Under the pieces are notes generated by a model that saw nothing but the letters and a program-made list of their open reading frames with translations, did no database searches and was not told where the DNA came from. The position numbers and the translations under genes are program-made. This document shows, in pieces, positions 37,952 through 51,645 of a DNA stretch of 64,000 bases. The DNA is from Utricularia gibba (taxonomy: Eukaryota > Plantae > Magnoliophyta): the NCBI GenBank assembly GCA_002189035.1, contig NEEC01000004.1:2852001-2916000 (forward strand). Reading direction: 5' to 3'. How positions within the stretch are numbered: the first letter of the stretch is position 1; every line of letters starts with the position of its first letter.

Positions 37952-39693
37952 GTATAATAATGTCAATTTTTACAAAAACATGTATTTATGTTTTAAATTT
38001 TTAAGAAAATATTATTTGAGATAAACATGAATTGAACCCCTGATTTTCCACTCCAAAATATCATAGTAACTAAGTATGAACATAAATTATACAATTTATG
38101 CCGGTGTTTACATATTTAACGCACACAGAACTAGTTTCGGTATAAATGATACTCGTGTGTACAAGCGACGCCCGTGTATGCATCACAAAGCCACACAAGT
38201 GTGACTTATGCGTAAACCGTGTCTGTATGCTTCGTAATGTATACATGAGCATGGCTTAGAGACAAATCACGTCTATATGATTGTATTATGCACATAGCTT
38301 AATTAGTATATTTTATCTTTATTTAATACTTTGATCAAATATTCGATTCTAATTCATCACCAATTGTATATTTTTATAAAATTATAATTAATTAAATTTT
38401 GAAATTACAATTAATTTACATTAATTACAATTTTTGTATGAATAATAATATAAAATTAAAATATCAATTATACATATATTAATTTTTTATACATATATAT
38501 ATGTATTTTATAATATAATTTTATTAACTATTACATATTATTATTTTTATATTAACAAATGATTATAATTCACCAATTTATTTATTATAAATTAACAAGT
38601 ATTTGAAAAAAAATAAGTATGGATAGATTTATCACACAATTACACACAATGAATAGATTTCTAAAATTAATTTTTGGCATTGGGGAGATTTCTGATAAAC
38701 TAAAATTTAAGGTAGGTAAAATATATATCCATCTACTATTCACAAACCTAGCAAACACTCATTAGTCACAGATTTACATAATTTGAGGAGGAGGGTTCAA
38801 TTTACATAAATATTTTTGCATCTTTTTATTCTATCCTTAACCTGTTTTTTTGAAAATTGAATTTATACGATAGTTGTTATAAAATACAGTTTCAATTAAG
38901 CATTATGATTCATGCTATTTGGTACTTGATTACTTATGAAATGATACATTAAATTATATATGTAATAATTAATTTTAATTGACTAAAAGTGTATATGAAT
39001 AATTTTATATAAAATTGAATAAAAGTCATACTTTTACACCCACGTGTTAAACATGTTTTGCTTTTAAATTCAAATAAACAAGAATTATCTTTTAAACCAA
39101 TCAATTGTGTATATCTAACTCCAAATAAAATAAATACAGATTAAATCCAAACCCTTGTGCTAAGGGTGTAATTCTCTTGAAAAGAAGACAAACTGAGGTG
39201 GGCAGACGGTTCGGTATACCGAATACGGTGCCAAATTTTGGCTATTTTTCGATATCCTGAATCGGGAACGGGATCAAGCAGACTGCTGCAACGCACTCTG
39301 CCTTGTTTAGCCTGTTCCAGCTTGAGAATGAAAGCCAGGCGTGTGCTGATTAACACTGATGATGAAGTCACCTTTATTAAAGTTGTTCGCAACTGGGGAA
39401 GTCATAAACAAGGAGGGGCGGATTGTTGTAACTGGTATGGAAAAGGACATTTGGGATAGTTCCCTTTACAGTACATGAAGGTACGCATGCCTGTGAGTGC
39501 AAAATTTCTTGGCAACTCGTGAGCCAAAGGTTCGATGTGGCGCGGTAGATGGATGAAGTGCAGCAACAGGATACTGAGGGAGAGCTTTCTTTGTACAACA
39601 CACCCGTAACAACCTTCGAATCTGAATAGAATATGTATGCTCAAATTTATGATGAAAAAATTGCACTGAATGCCGACTAACTTTGTGCGCTCG

Positions 39694-41630
39694 CTACCTC
39701 TTTTTCCCAGTCTCACTCTCTGATTCAATCGAATCTCTTACTTTGAAGCTTAACTCTTTCCTTATCTGCTGCCTCTTGTTTTCATGAACTCTGCTGGTTC
39801 CAGGTTCAGAAGTTATACTCTTGGGTTTGCTGGAGCCCACTTTCAGCAATTCTCTACTTCTCTCATGTTCATAGAAGAGAATTCGGATGACAGTTCGAAG
39901 TGGTAAGAGTTCGTTTCTTGCAGCATCAGCTCGTACTTCTTCCGACAGCTTTTGGCAATCTAAAATCCCACAGAGCTGCTTCTTATCAGCTTTGCTCAGG
40001 TCTGGATGCCCCTGTAACCCCATGAAGTGAAACTGGTTGGTACTTCACTCAAAATCAAACTGAAATTCATGTTTCAAACTGTTTTTACTCTTTAACCAAT
40101 TCGAAGAGAAAAAAAATTAAAAGAGAGCTAGAGAAGTGGTTGACAACATCTCTTGTGCTGTGAATGTAACAGATTACCTTGAGATAGATGTTTATTGCTT
40201 TGTAGAGATCATTATGTTGGGGCCTGGCTATTTCAGGTAATGTTTCAGCAAGAGATACCATTTGTTGAACCTGCAAATTATCTTCCTTCGCAACAGCTTG
40301 CAAATACAAATCTAGCAGCTTACCAATATTCACTAAGGTCTTCATTGATTCTTCTTCATCTCCAGTATTTTCTCTATTCCGCAAACTCAAGTAACTCTCC
40401 AAAACTTTCTGAACTAATTCAATCCCTTTGCCAGATTCGTTTACCAGCAGCAAATCTTCCAAAGTTGCCTCATCAAATTTTAATCCTGTAAGTCTCAAAA
40501 GTTTTTCTTTTGTCACAGGAGAAATTGCAAGTATGTTCGCAATCCGAAGGAGTCTTAGCAAAAATCTAGCTGAAACTGCACCTCTATCAGCAGGTAGAAG
40601 GCTAACAATGGTTTCAAGTACTGTTTTCTTATTTTTTTCCTCACGAGTTGAGCTACTTCCTGTTGGTACAATTTCTGGTATGAACAACCACCGTGTTGCA
40701 TAGACATGTAACGCCTCACCAATTAGCTGCTGTTGCAACTCACTTCTAGATTCAACAGCAGAAATGATCCATCTGAATGTTTCCTGGTCAAGAAAAGATA
40801 AGTCCTCTGTCCACCAGTCTTTTGGCACAGATCTTTGCACCTTTTTCTCATATCCTGATCTGGTGTATGTAAATGACCATGTGACCTGAGCGACAAAAAG
40901 CAGTTGTATGGCACTTAATCTCGAGAGGGACCTAAAAAAGAAAAAGATTTCTCTAACCTTGTTGGTGGGAGTCAAAATTTTGTCAGCAACTGACTCCAAA
41001 CATCTTCTTACAATCCCAAGATTTTCGGACCAATCCGCAACTCTAGGGGCCGTCTGTAAAGCAAGTATGGTATCCTTCCACCCCTGAAGAATGCAAGAGG
41101 AGAAGAACGAATCCAACTTGGACACAAGGCTTTCATTTTCTATTTCTTCAGTCATTTTTAGGAACCTTGCAGCACAATAGCAAGGTACAAAGTTTTGGGC
41201 ACTGAGATTGATTGTGATCCCATAGCAGAACTTGGCACATAGCTCAAATGCTTCTTCTCCACCTGGTATGTCATGCATCTCTATTCTGACATTTTCGGAG
41301 TCATCAGATTTGGCCAAAAGTTGCTTTAATAAGCCACATTTTGGAAGAAGAGCATGCTGTAACTAGGTAGTAAAGAAACCATTCTTCAGTTCTGGTTGAA
41401 AAAATTTATGTTTTCCTTTGTCAGAAACTGTACCTTGTGAAGAAGATAGTTGACATTGTTTATCTGAATGACTATATCGCTCGGAACATCGGCAGTCACA
41501 ATTCTAGGAGAACTGAAAAGGATTAGCTTGTACTACAGAATTTGAAATAAAACATGGTGTTCTTTTTTTACCTTGTGGCTTCAGCAGTTTGGAATGTGTC
41601 TGGCCTTGTTCCAAGTTTCATGAACTTCAT
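39694..41630 (-). CDS. BTB/POZ-NPH3 family protein (At5g47800-like), 5 exons, ~517 aa
   Basis: Exons 41630-41572, 41503-41434, 41356-40958, 40885-40178, 40011-39694; 1554 nt. MKFMKLGTRPDTF, DIPGGEEAFELCAKFCYG, VPKDWWTEDL, LYKAINIYLK and LDCQKLS..NELLPLRTV motifs. Confidence 0.93.
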
Positions 41631-43194
41631 TTTCAACAGCCAGAAGCTCAAAACTTGAAACAGATCAAATATAAACACTTCAATAATGCCTCCAACAATA
41701 AACTTCCAAGCATAAAGAAGTGGCTTTTCGCCTAGATTCTTCCCAGCCAATTCCAGAATACGCTGTCAATGGTAATTACGCAATCCGGAAAGGCACCATC
41801 ATGTCAGCGGTAAGTGATCTGCTGCAGATGAAAATGTTGGCCTCTGTGATTCCTGGCAACTTTAGAATCTCAGTCAAAAAAAGGATGATCCTTTCTGAAA
41901 ATATCGATATGATGGTTGTGTTAAAACAAACCTAACAACAGATTGAAAAATAAGCATGTGGTTACTGAATATGAAAAAGCGGCTTGCTTTTGATATTCAG
42001 CAAAAGAGGTGAATCAAAGCCGCTGCACACTTTCAACATCGCTCACCATTCTCCTTTGAAATCATATAAACCATAAAGCAGCTCACTGATGTCAGTTGCA
42101 GCTTTAAGATAACACAAAGATTTGGGACAAGCCGCTGAAGCAGCAGCTTGGTCCAGAGCAGAGCCTCTAAGATGTGAAAACCAGCCCCTACAAATCACAG
42201 AAGGTGACATACAGAAGATCTGAGAGAAGGAAGCTAATGATTGTAACCTGGAAATGGGAAGAGGCAGACAAGCGTCAGTTGCTTTCATTGAAGAAAAATT
42301 CAGAGAATGATTACTTTATGGGCAAATGCTGATATTGGCATCACCCACTCTGTTAATGGTAGTGGGAGAAAGGCGGGCCTATTGCAGTTGCAAATGCTGG
42401 AAAAAGTTTCATGATATGGGGACCATATGCAGAGATCGTGTTAACAAGTGATTTTGATTCTAGTCCTTGTTGCCTCTCACCTCCGCTGAGTATGACACTG
42501 GGGTTCTTTTCCGGTTGGCCTCTGCTGTACTGTGAAAGCAGCATCTCATCCAAAACCTAGACTTGATACAAAGTTTACAAATCTGATTTTGTAAACTTCA
42601 TTCACAAATGAATCAAGTAAACATTCTTATTCTGTAGAGCAAACATCAGATTTGATGAAGGTTGCCCAAACACTCTTAAGTCCATTTTGCTACCAACCAC
42701 AATCATCTTTCAGCTGCAAATCACAATTAGCAAGGAGTTTTAGGATGACGGAGTGATTAAAAAAAAGTTGGTCACATGATGATGATTGGTGTAAAATGAT
42801 ATCATTCAAACAAAACTGTTATCATAAAAATTATAAATTTATAGTATTATTATCAAGTTGACACCATTAAAAAATAAAAATTTTATTAGAAAAACGTAAA
42901 TTACGCTACTCAATAGGAAATCCTAGGTAGGTCACTGGTTTAGGGCTTATGCGCACTGATTATGTTGGGATGCACCCATGTGGCATGTTGTCCTTACAGC
43001 TATTGCAAGATAAACCGTAGATGTCTCCATCACTTACACACACATTAGAAAATGGTATAAATCACTGGGGATGAGACAGGTTGGTTGAAGTGGGAACAGT
43101 TGCATTTCCAAAACGTATTTATTTGAAATGTCCTGAGCAGCACAGCATTCATTTCTCATTCAAGCTAACTCGAAAGCCATACCGGAGTAAATTG

Positions 43195-44338
43195 GAATTT
43201 ACTTTGCAAAGTAACTAAATTTACTACAACATTTGCAAAGTAACTAAGTTTTCAAAAAACATTTGTAACTAATATTATATTAGAATTAATTATCAATGTT
43301 ATTTTTATGAATTATTAAATCATTTCAAAATTTAAAAATACTCATTTGTGTACGAAAATTTTAATTTAATCTTAAAATAAATAAGTAAAATATTTTTGAT
43401 ATATAATAAAAATATGTAAACTAAACAAATAATGCATATTTACGTAGAATATTTGAAATTATTACTAAATTTTATTAATTTTTTTAAAACTAAATAAATA
43501 ATATAAAAAATAATACTCACACTCAATTATAATTACATAATCATAACGAATGCATTTCATTTGGACATTGAATAATCCAAAGTACCTGAAAAATGATTAC
43601 TAAATTATTTTAATGGTTTTTGGATAATTCTCAAATATTATTATAAAAAAATCACACTTGATGGTAATTAAAATATAAAGTTGAGTGCCAATAATGTATA
43701 CATGCATATGTATAAGTAACTTAGTTAATTTGCAAATACCATTTTGAAAGTCAATTAGTTCACAAATGTTAAACCAAACTCGGTTATTTTGCAAATAATT
43801 TTTACTTACATTAGTTATTTCATCAATTTTCCTGACACTCAACTTCATGTTTTAATTACCATCAAGTGTGATTTTTTTATAATAATATTTGAGAATTATC
43901 CAAAAAACCGTTAAAATAATTTAGTAGTCATTTTTCAGGTACTTTGAATTATTCAAGTGTCCAAATGAAGTGCATTCATTATGATTATATAATTATAATT
44001 GAGTGTGAGTATTATTTTTTATATTATTTATTTAGTTTCAAAAAATCATTATAGAATTTAGTAATAATCTCAAGTATTCTACTTAAATAGGCATTATTTT
44101 TTTAGTTTATATATTTTTTTATATATATCAAAATATTTTTTTTTATTTATTCTAAGAGTAATTTAAAATTTTCGTACACAATAATAGTATTTTTAAATTT
44201 TGAAATGATTTAATAATTCATAAAAATAATATTGATAATTAATTGTTGTATCATATTAATTATGTTACAAATGTTTTTTGAAAACTTAGTTACTTTGCAA
44301 ATGCTGAAATAAAATTAGTTACTTTGCGAAGTAAATTA
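43195..44338. mobile_element. Long inverted repeat (foldback, probable Mutator-like MITE): ~490-bp arms, ~145-bp spacer
   Basis: The left arm (AATTTACTTTGCAAAGTAACTAA...GTTGAGTG, 43195-43687) is the near-perfect reverse complement of 43834-44338. No clean 9-bp TSD found. Confidence 0.85.
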
Positions 44339-45082
44339 CACTGGCACAGCTATTTTGCCAATTTAGCCAGAAATACCGTGTCAAATGAGACGCCAAAGGA
44401 CAAACGGTGCAACTTTTTTTTTTTCTTTATCCTGACAAACCGTAAGGTAGACACAGGATATGTTCAAAATGCTCTTCATCTGCCGTGCCCTGATTCTATC
44501 ACATGAGTCACGACTTCTTTTATTCCATCCTTACCGTGAATCAGTTTCAAAAAAGGCAATGGCGTTAGGAGCTGCTTGTTCATAGAATTCTGGAAGCAGG
44601 CAGTCAAGTTGTTTTTTTTTTTTTCGTTTTTGTCAATCAGTACTCGTGGCTGCTAGTTTCCCTCCCATGTGATCCCTGTCACCTCCTTTGCGGAAAGGCC
44701 GCTTCTACCAACTGTCCTTACGGATTATCTACCAGCGCAGCGCAGCACTTGCGGCACAAAGAGATGCACATAAACTAGCAGACTGACAAGTAGTCTTCAC
44801 TCCTGTTTTTCTTTTAATGACTACTTGGATCAGATTGAACTAACCTTCAAATGATTGAGGACGCATGTGTGACATGTGATTTCCCCTCCTAAGGATCAAG
44901 CATCTCTAGTCAATGGCAGCTGCATCCAACTTTGTGTTGCTTCTGAATGTTTGCCAACGCAGGGATATTTTTTATTGTGTTCTCTATTTGTGTAATGGAA
45001 TGAGCATTGCATTTCCAGTGAGCCTTGGTCATGTCGAGAAAACGAGCCAGCGAAGGAACAGGAACGATACAGAAGATGATCT

Positions 45083-48000
45083 TTACGTTCGTGGTTTGCC
45101 GTCTCGATATTCTTCTTGCAGGGAGGATAACATGGCCTTCAGGCGTCTCTCGAAATTCAATCTGATGTTCGTTGTTATTCTTTTGTTATGTTTGGTGTGC
45201 CTCAACCACGCAACTCCAATGGAAACTTGAACGTTGCAGACTCCCGGTTTTGATGTCGAATCCTCGACACGATACCTTACGTGCACCTGAAACTCATTCA
45301 TCCAAGTTGTCAGTGGCTGGCAACGAAGAGAATGAGGAGGAGAAAGGGGAGAGCATACGTTGAAGTAGTCCCAAAATGGGACATCATGGAGCGTAATGAC
45401 CTCGTCTAGGAGCCAGCCGTTTCCGGCCATGAGACGGGACTTCTGCTGAATGCTTGTAACTTCTCCCCTGTAAGGGGAGACTGGCCTGTCAAACTTGTAA
45501 TACAGTTGCCTCTGTTGCACTTGTTGTGGCTTCTCTGCTTCCCAAGGGGTGTGTGAATAGTTCAAGCCTCCTGCTCTCTCCATGCACTGGTGATCGATTT
45601 TGCCTCCATTAAACAACTCCATGAAGAAACTTGTCTACAACACAAGACAGTTACCTCCTCAGCAGAAATACAAGACTCATTCAACGTGGACGACCGAAAG
45701 ATGGTACTCACCGGAAGCGGAAGAGCCGACGAATAGATAACTGACATTTTAACATCCTTGGATCCAACAGAGGGAATGCTCCCCTCAGAATGAAGAGCAC
45801 TGGGCTCAGAAAGGTCACCAGATGATGCTGCTGCATCCGCAGCATTTGTTTCGTGTTCATCCGGCTCAGCTTGTTGCTCTGCAATATTTGCTTTCTGTGC
45901 AGGGGCCAAGGATCTCGCCCTCCACAGTGCCATGATGGTCCGGTGTGCGACATTGAAGGACACGAAAGAATGGAAGTGATACTCCAACCGGCAGTCGGAA
46001 TCCAAGCACTTGGCTCCGTGGAGACTATCAAGTCCACGCCCTGGCCTCAAGGTCATGACAATAATTGGACTGCCGATCGACGACAAAGTCGGGGATGTCA
46101 CGCTTATGTCTTCTATATCTTCCCAGAGAAAGAAGAACTTGGTTTTGTTGCCAAACAGATCTCCATGGAATCCGATAACTCTTGCGGACAGATACATACG
46201 CCCCTGTTACCAGCTGAAAAGATGAGTTACTATGTCTAAAAGATAGCTTTCCAAATAAGCACAACTGCACGAGTTAGTGTTGTACCCTGAGAGGCATTTT
46301 TCTCTTCAAGTGACACACGAAGTCATTCACGAGAAGCTCTTCAGAGGGGAGCCCAAAAAGCTTCTGGAACGCTGAATTAGTTTGAGGGGACCGCAGCTTG
46401 ATCTGAGCAAGTTTTAAACAAGTTACTTATGTGAAGCAGAACTCGAAAGCCGAAATAGCAGCATACTACCTTTTTTCCAACCTCCTTCTCCATCTTAGAT
46501 ATGAAGTCCTTGTACACTGTTGGACCCATGTTATTGTTCAAGAAAACTCTCAAATGTAACTTGGATTGGCATGCCTGAGCCAAGTTACCCTCCAGAGGAA
46601 TCCAGATATCCGAAAGTCCAGAAATGTTCGATCGCAAGAAGTTTATTTCAGCAGATCCAAGAGATGTAGCCTCACCGAAAGGGCCATCGAATTCAAAAAC
46701 TTCAACAATAAGAACAGAGGGAGGCTCCTCCATGGCATCAAACTCAAATATTTCTGCAAGAGGGCAACTAACTATCAGAGAAAAGCCTTTCTTTTGTTTT
46801 CCCAACATGAAACACAGAAGAAGATGGGAAGGATTGCAAATACCATTCCATACAGGATCAGATTTCTGAAATTTTACTGAACTAGTCCTTGTTTTCCCTT
46901 TGCATGTAAAAACAACGTAAGGATCAGAGAATCGTCTTGCGTTCACTGCCGCCAAGCTGTTTCCTTCAATCAAGGCTACTGTCAACAACCATCCATCGCC
47001 CTGTGCTTTGACACCATGATCGCCACCTATAACCATCATAGTAAAAAGCAAATAACAAATTCATATTTGCTTAGTGCGTTAGATACATCTTGTGATATTG
47101 GAATAAACAGTTCTATCTCAGTGTTAGAGACCATGCTTGAGTAAGGTGATTCAAGCTAATCCCTGACTCAGAAGTCGTGGGAAATTTTATGAAGCAGGCA
47201 GTGAACTTACTCCTTCCTCTAGTGGATTAACTCAAGCTCGAGAGCATGAAACAAAGGTGATAACTTCAACGTCTTAGATCAAGTTTTATATATTGAAAGA
47301 AGCAGGATAACTTATCACTGCAGGCATGTTATCCACTTGAATACCTTTTTGAGACCGGGCCTGCATAAAGCGAGACAATAGCTCCAGGAATCTCTTCCCT
47401 TGAAGAAACAGCAAACCGCTTATAAAAAATTCCCCAAGAGAATCGGGAAGGTCCAAACCACCAAACTCAAGACCATGAATTGTACTAGGCATAGCCAGGC
47501 ATATATGCATTAGTACATATAAGCCGACCAAAATGGTGAATAGTACAGGAAAATTTGCAAAATATTGAACTGCTAATTTCCAAACAGACTGTCTTTCCAT
47601 CGGAACTGATCCCAAAACTTGATCCTTCTCCATATTCTCAAGATCAAGTGGCTCTACCTTTCGAGATAGCAGACTCTTGTACTGGTCAAAGCTTTCTTTT
47701 ATACCTTGTTTTGTTCCACCTTCAATCATACTCTTCATAATGGAGCTCTGTAAAAAGTTAACTCGCCATGAAACTTCTAGTCGTGAAGAGATATCTTCAG
47801 ATGGGAGCTCAGGCCCCGGAGTTATGCAGTAAAGCACTTCAACCTTGAATGTTTTTCCATATGGAGCATCTGGAGTTGTCACGGTCGATAATATAGCAAA
47901 AGCCTTCCCATCCACTTTGAGATACGCTTGCTCCTCTGTAGTTTTGAGTGCTTTAATCAGTTTACTTGGAGCTTTAGTATACGAAACCACTCTCTTCAAG

Positions 48001-49466
48001 ATCTCACCATTATTTTCAAATTTCCATTGTCCTATCTGGAGATCTGATGATCCTTCAATCTCCGCAAGTGAGTTCAAGAAACCCGAATCGGATGAAAAAA
48101 GTAGCAAGTTCAACTTTTTAGGTGCCAAACCATACAATTGGTTGATAACTATGCCTCCAGATAAAGCAGCTGGCACTTCTACCCCTCGATCTTTCATCTC
48201 CATATTTTTCAGAAGTTCCTGAAAATCAGATGTTGAAGGATTTTTCTCTTCGGAGCCCTGCTTCCCATCTACCACACCCACGGTTTCAGGTAAATCACAG
48301 GCATTACTAGCTACTACATAGCTTGCAGAAGATGCATCCACATTCTTATTAAAAAGTTGAGCAACCCTATTAGCTAGAGTTGGCAAGTAGGGCTTTTCCT
48401 CCTCGGGCGAGAACATTTCTTCCGCTCTTGAAAGAGAGAGGTCTGTAGGAGATGAAGGCGCTGTCAGTGAATCCACTTGTATCCGGCCATGCATCCCAGG
48501 TACTAGTATGCAACGATCAGCAGGATTCGTCAAGTCAGTCAATGTGTTACTTTGCAGAAAACAAATTGCCAGGCGGATTTCACCTAATCAATGCACAAGC
48601 AAACCAGAGCCACCTCATGTTCCTTGAATGATTAACATCTATTACTCAACAAGCAACATAAACTATGTAGCACATACTTCAATCAGACAGTGGAATGGAG
48701 TAAATGCTCTAGCCAGTAAGCAGGAAATTAGCTACAAAAACGGTATGAAGTATTAAAACCTAACAGCAGCATTGAAGGAATCATCTTTATACAGAGGGAA
48801 CAAAATCAAGCATTGTAAAGCGAATCAAATACTTGGAAGTGTTCTACAATGCTTTCTGGAAAAAGCCTTCTCCTAAGTCCAATTCCGCAGTATCAAAATC
48901 ATAGCACACTGAAATAGCACAAGTACAATTGAGCTTTTAGACCTAAAAATCCGCAACTCTCTGAGAGACCGTCCAAAAAAGAGGTACCATTTATAAGAAG
49001 TGACGTTCTAAAATTCTTTAATATTTCTTAAATCTTTTGCATCTATTTACCATTTAATTAGATTTAAAAATTAACAAAGGTGCAACATCATCGTTATGAA
49101 AACGCAGATGAAAGTGATACCACAGTCCTTGTTCTTGGACTTGCTGCTTTTTGGCTGCAAAATATACCAATTAGTACCAAGAGATTTGTCTGTAGCCTCA
49201 AGAACTTGATAAACGGGCACTTTTATCTTGCCAGCAAAATCGTGATGATACTTGTCTTCATCAAGAACAGATATGCGAAGCTCTTCCTCAACGCTATCAA
49301 CTTTAAAAACGAACTCTTCACACCAAGATGGATTCAAACACTTCTTTGTAACCTTGGTTTTGAACTTTTGCCTTCCTAATTGCAGCTTTACATACGGATT
49401 ACAGAACCCATTTGTGTCAACGGCGGGTAACTTTCTTGCTTCGATCACGCGAACAAAAAGTTTCAT
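45083..49466 (-). CDS. C2 and GRAM domain protein (C2-VASt-TM-C2-GRAM-VASt, At1g03370-like), 8 exons, ~1046 aa
   Basis: Exons 49466-49121, 48583-47345, 47026-46844, 46753-46470, 46402-46286, 46203-45712, 45634-45359, 45286-45083; 3141 nt with consistent phases. Motifs MKLFVRVIEARKLP, APYGKTFKVEVLYCI, DHGVKAQGDGWLLTVALIEG, RSPQTNSAFQKLFGLP and FHSFVSFNVAHRTIMALW. Confidence 0.95.
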
Positions 49467-51645
49467 TTCCTCGTTGAAATGTCAAAATCTGGGAAGAAAA
49501 TGAAACTGAAATCAGAAAGGAAAAAGTTTGGAGGCCAAAAGTATGGGGAGGTCAATCAGAACAGAGACTGGAATATGAAAAATCGAAATTTAGAGTAAGA
49601 ATGAAGACCCCGGGAATGAATGGCGATGACAAGCTCAAGGGCAAAAAGTCCACCATAATAACTGGTTTAATGCCATAGGATGGGCACGGCACACCAAGGT
49701 CACATTTTCATATACCGAAAGGAAAAAAATTCATTTCAGTTGTGAAAGCCATGCAGACTTTTCTTCTCTGTATTCCAAAGCACGTAATGGAGTTTCGAGT
49801 TTACGATTTCAAGCTTTCCGAAGTCGTGTGTCCTCCGACAGCACAGTGATGCCCAAGTGGAAAGCGGTCGCGGGTCCCTTATCCTGTTTTGTCGCACCTC
49901 GTCTTTGGACATACCGGATTCCTAATATTCTCATAATAATAATATATTTTGAATATTAATTAAATTTCACTTCCATCTTTGAATTTAAAAATCAACAAAA
50001 CCAAGTAAAATGCGGGTTAGTGTTTTGCAAAAAGGTAGCAAAAGTGAATATAAAAGTATTCCCACTCCCCAGATCTCCTAAATAGCGAACAAGAATATCC
50101 ATCAAAGGATGCCGCTTCCTTTTTTTTTTTTATTTAAGTTAGGCATTTAATGGAATAATTATCTAAATTTTATATTTCAACTTCACATTAATTTTTTATT
50201 TTATTAAAATTTAATACAATTTTACGTTGTCGAAATGCCATTTAATTTTCGGCAAAAATTGTATTTACATAAATTTAATCCTTTTATATGGCAGGGTTAC
50301 TTATTATTACATAATTTAAGTATGAAGGATAAAATTGTAATCTAAATATTAATAAATTAATTTTTATTTGATACAGAATATATTTTCAATTTATATTTAT
50401 TTCTGAAATTACATATATTTTCTCATTCTATTTCTATTTTCTATTCTCATTCTGTTTTCTTATTTTCATTTTCCAAAAATTTATTTTCAGAAAAATGCAT
50501 AGCTTAGGATTGACTACTAAAGGAATATAAATAAATAATTTAGACAGATACCCAAGGCAAAAAAAAAAAAAGTCAAGTTCAGAAAATTATTTATCTCAAC
50601 TTGACATCTATAAAACTATCTATCTCATCACTATTTGCAGCTAGCGAACCACACTGAACCTCATACTTTTTCTTTGTTTAACTCATTTGAAGTTCAACAC
50701 TACTCTATTAGATGCATTAGACCTTCTTGAAGTTAAAACTATCTATCTAATTCTTCATTATTTGTAATACAAGTCATCAAAGTTGTACGGATTCTCAATC
50801 CCCCAAATTCAAGGGTTAACTTTTTGAAGTGCTCAAATGTTCGAAAAAATTATTTTTCAAAAGGTTTACAAAAGAAAGTAAATACATTCAAGACTTAAAA
50901 AAATAGAAAGTAAAGAAAAGCAATTAAGAAGCATACATACATAGAAAAAAAAATTATTAAAGGTGCTTGTAAAACAAACCAAAAAATTCAAACACCAAAA
51001 TAAAAAGAAATTCGTAAAGCATTATAAAAAATTTCAAACATAACCTAATTAAGTTGACAATAACTGAATTATAAAGGAAAAAATTTGAAAGAATTAAAAA
51101 GAGAAATCTAGGTGCCAACAATATCACATGGTGCACTGCTTGGAAAAAAAATAAAAAAATTGTAAAACTTTAAAAAAAAAAAAGTAAGATAATGATACAT
51201 CGAATAAAAAAATGGAAAATTTTCAAAAAGTAAATAAACAATAAAATTCGAAAACTTTTAAAAAAAATTTCATGCGCATTAATTACGTTGACAATGTCTG
51301 TAGTTTAAAAAAATTGAAAATTTTTTAAAAAATAAGTCCAATCATTATTAACATAACTCTATAGTGCTTGAAAAATAAAAAAATTAAAACTTAAAATATT
51401 TTCCAAATATTGTTCAATTAGATTGATGATGTCCAAGAGTGTAAAGAAAAAAATGAATAAAATCATAGAAGTTCACCTTGATAGCACCATTTGATTAAGT
51501 GTTGAGATAATAAATTAAAGAATTTTAAAAATTTTCGGTCCCCATCTAATTTTTGAAGAGATGCGTGGGAGTGTAAAGAAAAAAATTAAAAATTTTAAAA
51601 AAGTTGTCTAAGCACCGTCAACACCATTTGGTAATGTGTGAAAAT

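Noticed and set aside
39402-39698. Extra 3' exon extending the NPH3 protein via a GAG|GTAG donor at the stop
   Set aside because: The extension (RFEGCYGCVVQRK...) has no family resemblance; it is more likely 3'UTR. Needs RNA-seq to exclude.
42043-42553. 66-81 aa ORFs upstream of the NPH3 gene as uORFs or a separate gene
   Set aside because: No conserved motif, and the transcript start is unknown.
50900-51640. A-rich quasi-repeats upstream of the C2-GRAM gene
   Set aside because: No stable period or termini could be defined by eye; treated as low-complexity TE debris.
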